Shown here one piece after another: positions 53,003 to 64,000 of a stretch of DNA of 64,000 nt. The notes beneath the pieces are model-generated. The model was not told where the DNA came from. It worked only from the letters and a program-made list of their open reading frames with translations, and ran no database searches. The position numbers and the translations under genes were made by a program. How positions within the stretch are numbered: the first letter of the stretch is position 1; each line of letters starts with the position of its first letter. This DNA comes from Lytechinus pictus (Eukaryota): positions 7,938,001-8,002,000 of the forward strand of contig NC_087249.1 in assembly GCF_037042905.1 (NCBI RefSeq). The letters are read 5' to 3'.

Positions 53003-54037
53003 CTCAATATGGACTCGGGTTATAAAGTACGAGATCAAAAGAGTTCCCGAAGAGTAGACAACAAACCAGATGAGTGTCCCTGTGTAGAATCCGGCTGGTT
53101 GGTCCGGTTCAAATGCTAGGTATAGGAGCAGGACACAGTTTGAAATCGAACATGCATATGCAATTCCAACAATCGGTGAGAATATACCATCGGTGATCTC
53201 AACAAGTCTGAACACCTCGTACAGATGGAAACGCACTTGGTTCAGATAGACACTGTTCACGCCAGAATCATGGATGTGCTTTGAAAACTTTCTTGTAAAT
53301 TCGGTGAGGAGACAGGTCAAGACATGACACATAAATGCAATAAATGTGTTGATGAGAAGGTATGCTGACATGGTGAAGATTTGCACCACTGTCAATGCAA
53401 CACACATATCAGAAGAACCCCAAGACGGACAAAGAATAAACCCATGTTGGATAGCGAAGTACATAAATAATACTGTAGCACTGAGAACGGCCAGGCAGCT
53501 AGAAGTTCCTACCAGTGAACTTTTCAAACGAAGACTTTTTAAAGTCAAACCTTTTGTGTCGTCTCTGTTCAGAAATCCAATATGTTCGTTCCAGGTTCGA
53601 TCAAAATGGCGAATGAGATTCGGCATCTTGTGTGATTGGGAACAGGCAAAGAAGAACAAGGTGGTTGTTATTGTTACTTGAACAGAAAACGTTACGTCTG
53701 AGAATCCTAGGTACGTGAAGCCTGCGTCTGCGGGTGATATATAAAATAATTTGCACACCAAATCAAACCAAATCAAACAAATTAGAAAGCCATGATACAA
53801 GACCGATAATACAGACCAAATAGATAGCTTTGAACCTCTCTTCTTCGGTTGATGCGTTGCTGGTAAGATGTTTACGGGATTGTAATGTCTCTCATGATAG
53901 CCTGCTAATATTTTCAAAACAAGTAACAAGGGTTCCATTGCTGTTTTCCATGGGGATTTTTCTTTCGTCCAAGCGTCCTCGGTCTTGGCTCTAGTTTCAT
54001 CTCTGCCCGGTGGTATGCTTATTCCAAATTCGTCCAT
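53003..54037 (-). CDS. Grl variable exon D (345 codons from MDEFG; most divergent)
   Basis: MEPLLLVLKILAGYHE, WFDLV, FRLVEITDGIFSP. Ends ITRVHIE|gtaaat, phase 0, at the homologous position. Confidence 0.88.
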
Positions 54038-54635
54038 GATGTTTTTCCTTAAAGATAAAATAATCACCTGGTGGATTTTACGATTTTGGTTATTTAGAGA
54101 GTTCGGCAAAATTCGAAACAGCTCTATGAAGATTACGATCCTTCCTACATCTAGTGAATATAGTCTAGTGCGCAAAGTACTGTACGTGCATCAAGTCTTG
54201 CGAAGTTTGTTTAGGTGGAAAACATGAGTTATCATCTTCTCCACCTAGATGGTTGAGAAAGAGTGGCGCTCTTCCAGTTATCTTGGAATTGGTTTATTCC
54301 GATGACGTAAATACTAACACTTATTGATGCCTAGTGGAAATTCTATTATTTTTCACATACTAATTGACAGGATTGAAATGGCAAATGGCATTATATTAAG
54401 TACAAACTAATTACACGGGCAAACACATTATTGCAACGCTTTTAGCTTCAACGTGGTCTTTTTATGAAATTGCTTTCATGTGTTAAAACAAGTCTCGATT
54501 TCCTACTACGTCATTTTTCTTTGATTGAGTTGTCTAATGAAAGAGACTGGAGAAAAAAGGAGTATTATAGAGCTATGGTTCTTCTTTCTTTGAAATTCAA
54601 ATGCCGCCTAACAAACGACATTTTCATACCGTATC

Positions 54636-55380
54636 TTCTGACTCGTCACCCTGAGATCAGATGAAAATGTTGGGTCTAAAACACCGATTCGCCATCCTCA
54701 GATAATATCGTTAGGGTTAAAATTAATTACCCTTCATTGCGTAACGACAAAGATTACTGACTCGTAACCCTCAAATAATACTGTTATAGTTTCAGAATTT
54801 CTGATTTTTCATCCTTATATGATATCGCCAGGTTTAAAAAAGGAAACTGTCTTGTCACCCTCTGATAATATCGCAAGGTTGTAAAAACTGACTTCTCACC
54901 CTTAGATAATACCGTCATGTGAAAAAAAAACTGAATGGTCACCCTCAGCAGGGGCCGCGGAAGCGGGGGGGGGGGGGCTGGGGGGTGGAGCCCCCCCCCC
55001 CCATTTTTTTCCAAAACCGTGTACAAAAACGTAAAAATTACCATATGATTGTGATTTTTTGCTTGGTCAGCCCCCCCCCCTCCCCCACTTTTAAAACCGC
55101 TCCGCGGCCCCTGCTCAGAAAATACCGTCGGGTTTACAATAACTGACTCGTCACTCTAAAATAACACGGCCCGGTGAAAAATAACTGACTCGTCACCCTC
55201 AGATAATACAGTCACGTGAAAAATAACTGACTCGTCACTCAGTAAATACGGTCAGGTGAAAAATAATTGACTCGTCACTCAGATAATACGGTCAGGTGAA
55301 AAATAACTGACTCGTCACCCTCAAATAATACGGTCAGGTGAAAAATATCTGACTCGTCATCCTCAGATAATACAGCCAGG
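54636..55380. repeat. ~40-42 bp minisatellite interrupted by a small TIR element (54949-55113)
   Basis: Unit aaaataactgactcgtcac(c/t)ctcagataatacggtcaggtga; insertion caggggccgcgg ... ccgcggcccctg. Confidence 0.85.
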
Positions 55381-55891
55381 AAAATAATACCATTCGGTTT
55401 CGGGGTTGGTACTGTTTTCAATGACATCAGGTCAAATCAAAGTAATCCTTAGGGCAGGAGTGGGAAATAGACATTTAAGGATCAAACTATGGCAAGTTGT
55501 TCATCCAGCTGAGTGCCTTCAACGTTCAACTTTTTTTTCTCTCTTTTCAATTATAAATCTACAGAATATAAGAAACGCATTTTGTTTGGTTTGGACACTC
55601 TTAGGGGGGGCAGTGGTAAAAGAATGGAGCTTTAACAGTGACAGAATGAGTGGATTTGAACTCAATCTAAGGCTATGTTTGCAATGCAGGGTTGCGCTCG
55701 GGTCAAATTATGATACTAGGCGGAACATGTTTCCATACAGCATGTACAGAGAAAAGTCAGGGCTGATACTACCTTCGTAAGTAGGCCAAATGCGCGGTCG
55801 CCTTTGATTCTTTGGGTATATACAGTGAAATTTCGCTTTTTTCACACTTTTAACTGGTTTCAAAGGATTTAGGAGAAATATAATTATTTAC

Positions 55892-56908
55892 CTTTTCGTG
55901 CAGCATGACAGCAGCGAGTGAAAGAAGGCAGAGGCCTAATGTAGACCCCGTAATCCACCAAATCAAAGATAGGTAGTAAAATACATCTTGTTCCTCGTGG
56001 TTCCAAAACTGGTAAAGTACAAATATGATATTGGAGAGGGATAGGGTATACGTCACGGCAGCAAACGGAGAAAGCATTGCATCAGCTAACTCGACAGAAT
56101 TACACAGGTTGTTGAAGCGGCATCGGAAGGAATTCAGCAGCTTGGCATTCTTCGCTCTTGAGGAATCTTCAGCGGTCCGTACAAATTCTTGAATCAGGTC
56201 TGCGAACTGGTCCTTGAGGATGTGGCAGACGACGAAGAAGAAGCAGTTGGGAAAGACTGATACTGCGCTGTTATACACAAGGATGACCCAGATTAATCCA
56301 ACAGCAATGGAGTCTCTGGCCGACCAAGGCAGGAAGATCACACCCTTGAGTGCTGAGGATGCGTAAGTTGTTATAAAGGTCGTCACCATATACAGAATGA
56401 TACTAAATCCTCCACCGATAGCACTAAAGTAAGATACAGAACGGTGCTTCAGCCACATAGGATTTACATCTTCTTTGTCTGAAGTATTGGCCAGTTTCTG
56501 AGAGAGGAGAGAACACATAGGTAAAGCAGCTACAAGCTTTATTGTTTTGCGGTTCCGACATATCTTGAAGAATATCAGGTTAGTCAAGGCGGCCTGGAGT
56601 GTCCAGTTAGCAAGTGCAACCATGTCGTAGCGAGTATCATGTTGGGTAAACCAGAAGGAAACAATGACACGAAAGAAGTTGAACCACAGAAGAACTATGA
56701 CCAGCAGGTGGTAGAGTTTAGCCACGATTCGAGAAAGCTTGGCAGAACACTTCTCGTCAGACCCGACTGGTTCGTGATAAACGCCAAATACGGTCATAGT
56801 CATTGTCAGAGGTTTAGCCACTGTGGACCATAGCAATTTAGCCGCGATTTCTGAGCTGGCCTTTCTCGCTTGTATATTCTCAGCCATTCCGATTTCTGTT
56901 TCTTCCAT
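55892..56908 (-). CDS. Grl variable exon E (339 codons)
   Basis: VAKPLT..GVYHE, WFNFFR, KICRN, LCNSVELADAMLSP. Ends AVMLHEK|gtaaat, phase 0. Confidence 0.9.
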
Positions 56909-59716
56909 TTCTCACCAATACGCTAGTAGGCCGATTACCTCTATCTTCTGTTGGAGTGGTATGTGTTCTCCTGCTTTTAAACGTCTTCGTAAATATTATG
57001 AGTGCTGATCCCTGATCTTAAAAATCGAGGAAAAGTTTTGATTAAGGTTCGTCAAAACGGTAAAAATGTGATGATCCTGTACTTCCCAAAGGATATCAAG
57101 GCTGGCTACAGGCGCACGAAAAAAAAAGAAGGAGAAAGCATTTGTAAATATGTCATCTTACAAATACCCAACACATGTTTCACTGAAACGAACATGAAGA
57201 AAGGGAGCCCGCTCTTTTTTTAAATTGAGTTATGTACTATGATTGGAAAGGACGGTAATGATCTAAAGTGGGATTTGTTTGCCGTGTATAATGGACACTT
57301 AGCAGTTCAAATATAATACTTATTTTCAATTCATATGTTATTATTTTACATTTGAACATTGAGACAATTTAATATAATGCTTATCTATATAGTCTAGCAT
57401 GTTCGTGGCATATTGATGAATACAATGTTACATAACACGTTAATGGAAAAGGTGGTATATTCTCGAAGATAGGGGTGGGGTAATCAGAATTTTGCTGTGG
57501 AGGTTTGAAAAGCCTATGTTGTCTTCCAATTTGATGTTTCCTTCGTCAAGACTGGAACATTCATCCATAGGTCATCCACCTTACCTCTCGACGACAATGC
57601 ATCTGTACATTTCATAATTATATAAGATTTTCGAACACCAAACATGCCAAAAATATTTGAATCAATCGAAGTTATAATTTAATGATTGTTTTCATCACTC
57701 ACTTTGCTCACTCGTGACATCTAAATCATTGTGATTTGAGTCAGAATTCGACCACTGTAGGTCCAAAATAGGGTTACATTAGCCATTTACGCATACTCCT
57801 TATACCCCCCCCCCCCTCCCCTCCCCTCCACACACACGCTTCCGCCGATCGGCCGGTCTTCACTATGGTCAGAGTCTATGCCCCTGTGAAGCGGTGGTGC
57901 TGGGGATGCTAAAGCACCCCCAATGTATTCCTGGGGGTGCTGCGTGTATTATTTTCCACAGGCAGCACCCCCTGGAATTGTGATAGGTGTGGCAAAAAGG
58001 AAGGAATGCAACCAAAATGACGTCCCTTTTGTAGTGAAAGTGTGAAACCCTTTTTTCTACTTGTCAAATTTCTCAGGACCAACATGATCTTCATTTTGTA
58101 GGGATACCCTTTCTTGCATTCAGTGTTTTTCTTCTTTCTTTTCAAATTTATCGGGACCCAAATTATCTTTATATTGTAAGGAAACCCTTTTTTGTCATCA
58201 GTAACCCCTGAAGCTCCCTATTTTTGCAATGTTTATTTATTTACTATTGTTACATTTTGTCGCAGGGGGGGGGGGCTACCTGACCTATTTTACTAACACA
58301 TTTAACCAACAAAAAATGTTCCCGAGTCAAGAGCTTGCGTTTTTTCCCTAGGAAGACCAGCAAACTTCTGGCTCAAAAAAGCTAATTTTGTTGTTCATTA
58401 GATTATGTTTTCAATTCATTTTCTTTCTTTCAAGTTTTCATTTTTATTTATTTATTTTATTTTTTTATTTTTTTATTTTATTTAATTTTTTTTTTGGGGG
58501 GAGGTCTTTTTTTCCGTTTCCACTTTTCTCACCCTCTGTCGATCTTTTGCGCCACCTAATGTGGCGCATTGAGCTGGTGAATTTTGGCATCCTTTAGAAA
58601 AGCGAATGACTCCTGGAGGCCGTTTCAACTGAAAGTGATTTTCACTTACTTATTTACTCTCAGCCAATTAGATGCAAGGATTTCAGTAGCTTATAACATA
58701 GTCAGCGAAAATCACTGACTATATCTATGTCATGAAACGCTCCCATGTTCATCATGTTGCGCAAATTTTTCCACTTTTCTTTCCATAAAATTTACCTAGT
58801 GTCATGTTGCTCATTGCAGGAGAGAAATTCATTTTACCATATTTTAATTTGTAAATAAACTTCTAAAAACAACAATCTCCCGCTCAGAAATGCAGTATAG
58901 GCCTAATGAATAAATCACCTTAAACTAAAGATTAAAGAAATGGCAATGTACAGTAGTTTATGTGATAAATTGCATATTAATTTAATTTACCAGTGATGTG
59001 AGACCTGTCGGAAGTCTCTTTTTCTATTCCTCATAAATCCTTATCCAAACAATCGACCAATAATTTTTTTACAAAATCCCTAAAAAATGGATTATGAATT
59101 GCTTTCTCATTCATAATTATGTAGGCCTAAAATTGTTGGTAGATCCATGATTTGAGCCTCTAATTCAGCTATAATCTTATTTCTTCCTTTTCGACACTAT
59201 TTCAATTTTCAACACTTTTTTGTCAACGGATTCATTTAAGTTTTCAAAGCTGTTGATGGTGCCGGTGTGGCGGGATTATAGTATCTATACGGGGTATCTA
59301 ACAACCCAGCATCTCCCCTTATAATTAGCTTTATTGAAGTATAAAGGGAACTTTTTCCATTGAAAAGCAAAAGTATCTTCGTTGGAGTAAGCCTTTTTAA
59401 AAACCGAAAACATTATACATGTGAAGAGCTCACTTGCAAAAGGGGTTAGGTACATTTTTTATCAAATTTGATTTTTATGTCTCAATATATAGATTTTTAG
59501 TAGCTCTATAAGATGATACCAAAGAAAAGTTGAAATTCCCATTAAAAAGTGAACTAAGTGGCAAAGAAAAATCACTTTTTCAAGTTCAAAAGGGGTTAGG
59601 TCCATTTCAGTTTAGTTGCAAAAGGCGTTAGGTCCACATTTAATTTTTTGGGAAAAGAATATCTTAAAAATATGAAGACAGGTAGATTTCTTTTATACCT
59701 AATTTTATGAACCCAT

Positions 59717-60208
59717 GGCGCATACAACCGTAATTCCGAAGGTTCGTTATTCCGAAGGTTCGGATATTCCGAAGGTTCGTTATTCCGAAGGTTCGTATTT
59801 CCGAAGGTTCGTAATTCCGAAGGTTCGTTAGTCCGAAAACGAAATGAGGTTCGTTATTCCGAAGGTTCGTTAATCCGAAAAAGAAATGAGGTTCGTAATT
59901 TCGAAGGTTCGATAGTCCGAAAACTAAATGATTAACTAACCTTATATCGTTTTCGGACTAACGAACCTTCGGAACAACGAACCTTATTTCGTTTTCGGAT
60001 TAACGAACCTTCGGAACATCGAACCTTATTTCGTTTTCGGATTATCGAACCTTCGGAACAACGAACCTTCGGAATAACGCCACAAATGTTCGGATTAACG
60101 AACCCTTTTACGTTTTCGGATTAACGAACATCGAGGTATAGGCAATTTACGTGTTTCGGAATTACGAACCTTCGGAATAAAGAACCTTCGGAATTACGAA
60201 GTGTAACC
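59717..60208. mobile_element. Foldback MITE of ~15-16 bp ttccgaaggttcg tandem units, nested in another repeat
   Basis: Left arm (ttattccgaaggttcg)n, right arm (cgaaccttcggaa)n. The host sequence is uninterrupted in the copy at ~33380-33420. Confidence 0.8.
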
Positions 60209-61160
60209 ATTCATGGTAGGGTATCATGAAAATTCAGTTTCGCATAAGAATATTGCAATATGGGAGAAACAAAAAAATAATTTTCTTGGAGTGGACTTAA
60301 CCCCTTTTGCAACCAAACTCTTCTGACGAACTCATTTGTTAAAAGGGGTTAGGTCCATTTTTCATAAATTTATTGTTTTCTGTCTCTAAACCTCTAATTT
60401 TTTAGTCGCTCTGATGATACCAAAGAAAATTTGAAATTTAAATGAAAACGTGAATAAAAGTGGCAAAGAAAAATCATTTTTTTTAATCAGAAGAGATTGG
60501 ATTCATTTCAGTTTGCTTGCAAAAGGGGTTAGGTCCACAATGATAATTTTTGTTTTAAATAGGGCCTATATAGAAAAAAATGAAGACAGGTAGATTTCTT
60601 TTATGTTTACATGATAGGGTAGTACATCATGACAATTTAGTTTCTCATAAGAATTTTGCAATAAGTGAAAATAAAAAACATGGTTTTTCTCAGAATGGTC
60701 CAAAGTGGACCTAACCCCTAATGTCAATGGCCCGAATTCACAAAGGAGGTTTAAACCCCGAGGAGCTAGGTTTCTTGTGAATTCGGGCCATTAAGTTTAA
60801 TCAGCTATTCAATGTTAAATCTATTAAACACTTAAAGAATCTATCCAAATTTTGTAAAGTCATCATGTCGAAGTTCAAATAATTTTGTTGTCTTTCCTTT
60901 TTTCATGCACTTCCAGTTGTTGATTTGGTCTTTTTAAAATTAATGTACATGTACGTAGTTCAGACTATTTTATGCCATGTTATTAGTCCATATAATTTAT
61001 TTTCGATTCTTGCCTTTTACCTGTTTGTTGTAAGAGTCTGATATTTTAAGCTTTTGTTATCTTTTAACTATTTATGTATATCTATATTTGTTGTTACACT
61101 ATTGTATTTCTTCCATGCCCCTGAAGGGGCCGTATAAGAAATAAAAATCACTGTATCACC

Positions 61161-61519
61161 CAGTGGCGTACCTAGGATTTTCCACAGGGGGAGGGGGCAA
61201 AATCGGCCGCCAAAAAAATTGACAAGCAAAAAAAAAAAAAAAAAAAAAAAAAAGGTCTTCAATAAAAAATAAAGGTTATTGTACCAGAAAATAAAATTGA
61301 CAAGCAAAAAAAAAAAAAAAAAAAAAAAAAGGTCTTCAAGCTCGTCGGGGGGGGGGGGGCAATAAAGGTCTTCAAGCTCGTCAGGGGGGGGGGGGCATAA
61401 AAGGTCTTTCAAGTTCGTCAGGGGGGCAGTGATATGTATTTTGTATGGGTTGTGGCTCGTCAGCAGGGGCAGAGTGCCCCCCCCCTGCCCCCCCCCCCCC
61501 CCCCGTAGGTACGCTAGTG
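61161..61519. mobile_element. hAT-like MITE
   Basis: cagtggcgtacctagg ... gtaggtacgctagtg with 8-bp TSD gtatcacc (61153-61160, 61520-61527). Confidence 0.85.
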
Positions 61520-61883
61520 GTATCACCCCTTTTGCAACTAAACTTTTCATGTATTGGCTTGACCGTTGGTAGCCTCTCGATTTAGTGCCACGCCCATTTT
61601 CAGATCACCTGACAAAGGCATGAGTTGGCGCGCGCGTTTTACGTGGTTGGATTGTGATGTGTGGACAGTTTCTTTGTACTGTACTGAGCTGTGTATATCA
61701 GCATAGAGATGTATATGGTAAACAGCGAGGTAATATCAAGGGTAACGATTGCGAAATTTTAAACTGCGCCATCTCTCGTAAACTTATTCTCAGCCAAGAC
61801 GCCCTTTCGCCCTTGAGAAAAGTCCTGCGACTGCGAGTAATTTTTTTACGAATATCACTCCACAATTTAATCGCCGTCTTATT

Positions 61884-62025
61884 ATGTCTTCAGAATCAGC
61901 TAAGCAAAAGATGGAGAACTGGAGGGAAAAAATCGAGAAGGCTCTGTACGAGAAGAATGCCGTCACAGATGCCTTGGCTATGCTGGAAGAAAAGACCGGA
62001 GTGAAGAGGACGTATTACGTTGCAG
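61884..62025 (+). CDS. REEP5: Receptor expression-enhancing protein 5/6 (DP1/Yop1 family), first coding exon
   Basis: MSSESAKQKMENWREKIEKALYEKNAVTDALAMLEEKTGVKRTYYVAG|gtaaat resembles the REEP5/6 N-terminus (L.EKN..TD.LA.LE.KTGV.R). Phase-1 donor and CpG-rich upstream region. The start could be 61884 or 61911; no further exons were recognised in the window. Confidence 0.85.
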
Positions 62026-62302
62026 GTAAATTTTGTACACGGGATTAATCATGTGTGCGAATAATGAATGAATGAAAATCCGTTTACTTGATCAGAAGAA
62101 GGCAGCATGCAAATCACGTCCATTGGCCATAATGGGGACATGTAAATTTCAAGGAGTATCTTGTACTTTTGTAGATCGTTGTGTGCCTAAAACTTTAATA
62201 CAACACATTGCCCTTTGAGTCGTATCAGTCTGAAATTAGAATGAAGAAAAGTTCCTCAAAAATTATCCGTCTGAGCTGCGCGCCTGATGACAGGTGAGTG
62301 AC

Positions 62303-62800
62303 TAACCCAGGGAGCTTACCGTGTATTTTACCATACTCACAGGACTAGGGTGATTTATGGTCTAAATATTTCTCCAAATGAATTGTGAAAACAGAAATTA
62401 TGCACTTACCACGATTATATGGATGAAGGTCTAACGAGTGGCAGTTTCCTGACATCTGGGCACAAACTGGAACCTAAAAAAAAAACGAAAAGTTCTCTCC
62501 TTTTACCCCAGTCTCGATCGGCCATTTTGTTACAATTCATAACAAAAATGGCCGATCGAGACGGGGGTAGAAGGAGAGAACTTTCCGTTTTTTGAGGTTC
62601 CAGTCTGTGCCCAGATGTCAGGAAACTGCCACTCGTTAGACCTTCATCCATATAATCGTGGTAAGTGCATAATTTCTGTTTTCACAATTAATTTGGAGAA
62701 ATATTTAGACCATAAATCACCCTAGTCCCGTGAGTATGGTAAAATACACGGTAAGCTCCTGGGCTCCGGCCCGCTGCGCGGGCCGGAGCTCCCTGGGTAA
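62303..62800. mobile_element. Mutator-like foldback MITE with 9-bp TSD
   Basis: Near-perfect ~230 bp inverted arms centred at ~62535; termini taacccagggagc / gctccctgggtaa; TSD gtgagtgac (62294-62302, 62801-62809). Confidence 0.85.
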
Positions 62801-62957
62801 GTGAGTGACCTGTGCTGCAGTGCTGATTCGACTGGTTTATATTTTTTATAAGACACGAATGAGAGTCAAAAGTTGTGAAAAGCATAAAATATTTTTATTT
62901 TCAATTTCAATTTCAGGTGGCTGTCACAAAAGGAACTCTTCCCTTTCAGGCATTTAA

Positions 62958-63541
62958 AGGAGAATGAAACCCTTGAAACCAGCTGAATCCATATCAAAGA
63001 GAAAAATCAAAGAAACATATTGTTGAAAGTTTGAGGAAGATTAAATGAATAATAAGAAAGTTATGAGCATTTGAATATTGAGATCACTAGTGCCATGTAG
63101 ATCCTCCCATCGGCAATGCGACCAAGATCCGTGATATCACACACGTACAACTCCCTCATTACTTTAGTACTTATTTCACTTATATTCTCACTTTTATAGA
63201 GTCTATCACAAGGTGAGGTGTTCTCTGTATGAGATGACAAGTACAGAGGTTCGTACAACATTATATCATTGATGAATCGTTTGTCATATGATTAGAATGA
63301 GCAAAAAGAGATGTTTTGGGGTATATTTTCAGTGTCCAAATGGGAGAGTTGTACGTGTGTGACATCACAGATCTTGGTCGCATTGCCAATGGGAGGATCT
63401 CCATAGCATTAGTGATCTCGACATTCAAATGCTCATAACTCTTTTATTGCTAGTCCTATTTTACTCAAAGTTTTGTTGATCTTATTCTTTGATTTTTCTG
63501 CTTTCACAAAAGCTAACTTGCTCCAAGAGTTTCATTCTCCT
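62958..63541. mobile_element. Kolobok-like MITE (TTAA target)
   Basis: ttaa|aggagaatgaaac ... gtttcattctcct|ttaa with internal inverted repeats. Confidence 0.85.
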
Positions 63542-64000
63542 TTAATGACCAGTACGGTACTAGAAAAATTGGATTAATTGTGTATGAAAGGGGCACCAAT
63601 TTTTTTTCTCAATCTTTTCATATGTCGAAACCAATGGCAATGGCAAATGGGGCCTATGCTCTTGATTCTAATATATGAAATTGAAATGGGCTGAACATTT
63701 ATATTGTTGGGGATGTGTTTTAGATCCCTTTTAGTTTGGTGGCTTGTAAATTATTCCTGAGTTTGCAACGGCCAGGTATTGGAACAAAAATTGACAGAAA
63801 ACAGCGCAGTGAGTGACCGAATACTGGGCATGTTACCCAATTCTTTATCACTTTCAACACTAAACGTCAAATCTCTGAATTTTTCGGTGATTCTTTGTGG
63901 AAGTCGAAATGTGAATATTGTAACCACAGGTCAGAGTTTCTGTTTTTATATGTCTCTTAGAAAGGGCCCCTTGATCGAGCATGAGACTTGTGTGTCCCGA

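Noticed and set aside
52814..54175. 453-aa ORF as the full protein
   Set aside because: It begins at a non-ATG codon and runs past the donor at 53003; only 54037-53003 aligns with the paralogs.
15449..56908. Five stand-alone intronless receptor genes, as the ORF track suggests
   Set aside because: Homology among them stops exactly at a shared GT donor, the read-through tails are unrelated intron sequence, and none contains TM7/TYhhhhhQF.
61654..62004. 116-aa ORF as the gene product
   Set aside because: The recognisable REEP peptide is in a different frame starting at 61884/61911.

Overview
Eukaryotic, AT-rich, intron- and repeat-rich animal DNA. The repeat landscape looks sea-urchin/deuterostome-invertebrate-like, which is an inference. 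The dominant structure is a ~53 kb minus-strand gustatory-receptor-like (Grl / 7TM ion channel superfamily) locus built as a variable-constant cassette. Five paralogous ~1.0 kb exons (ATGs at 56908, 54037, 50767, 20603, 16555) each stop at a phase-0 GT donor at the same residue (..H[E/Q/I][K/E]|GT). Only one set of three small 3' exons was found (11290-11225, 10553/10547-10461, 4021-3899), ending in the family signature TYFTILLQF. Exon 1 of a REEP5/6-family gene starts divergently at 61884. The Grl introns hold a disabled CR1/L2-group LINE, two tRNA-derived SINEs, many MITEs (Kolobok-, hAT- and PIF-like), a Penelope-type inverted repeat with a minimal hammerhead motif and an internal segmental duplication. 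They also hold a ~9.6 kb non-autonomous Helentron with reiterated 5' termini and antisense exons resembling a FAMeT (Methyltransf_FA) domain. A Mutator-like foldback lies in the REEP intron. All calls were read by eye; no searches were run.
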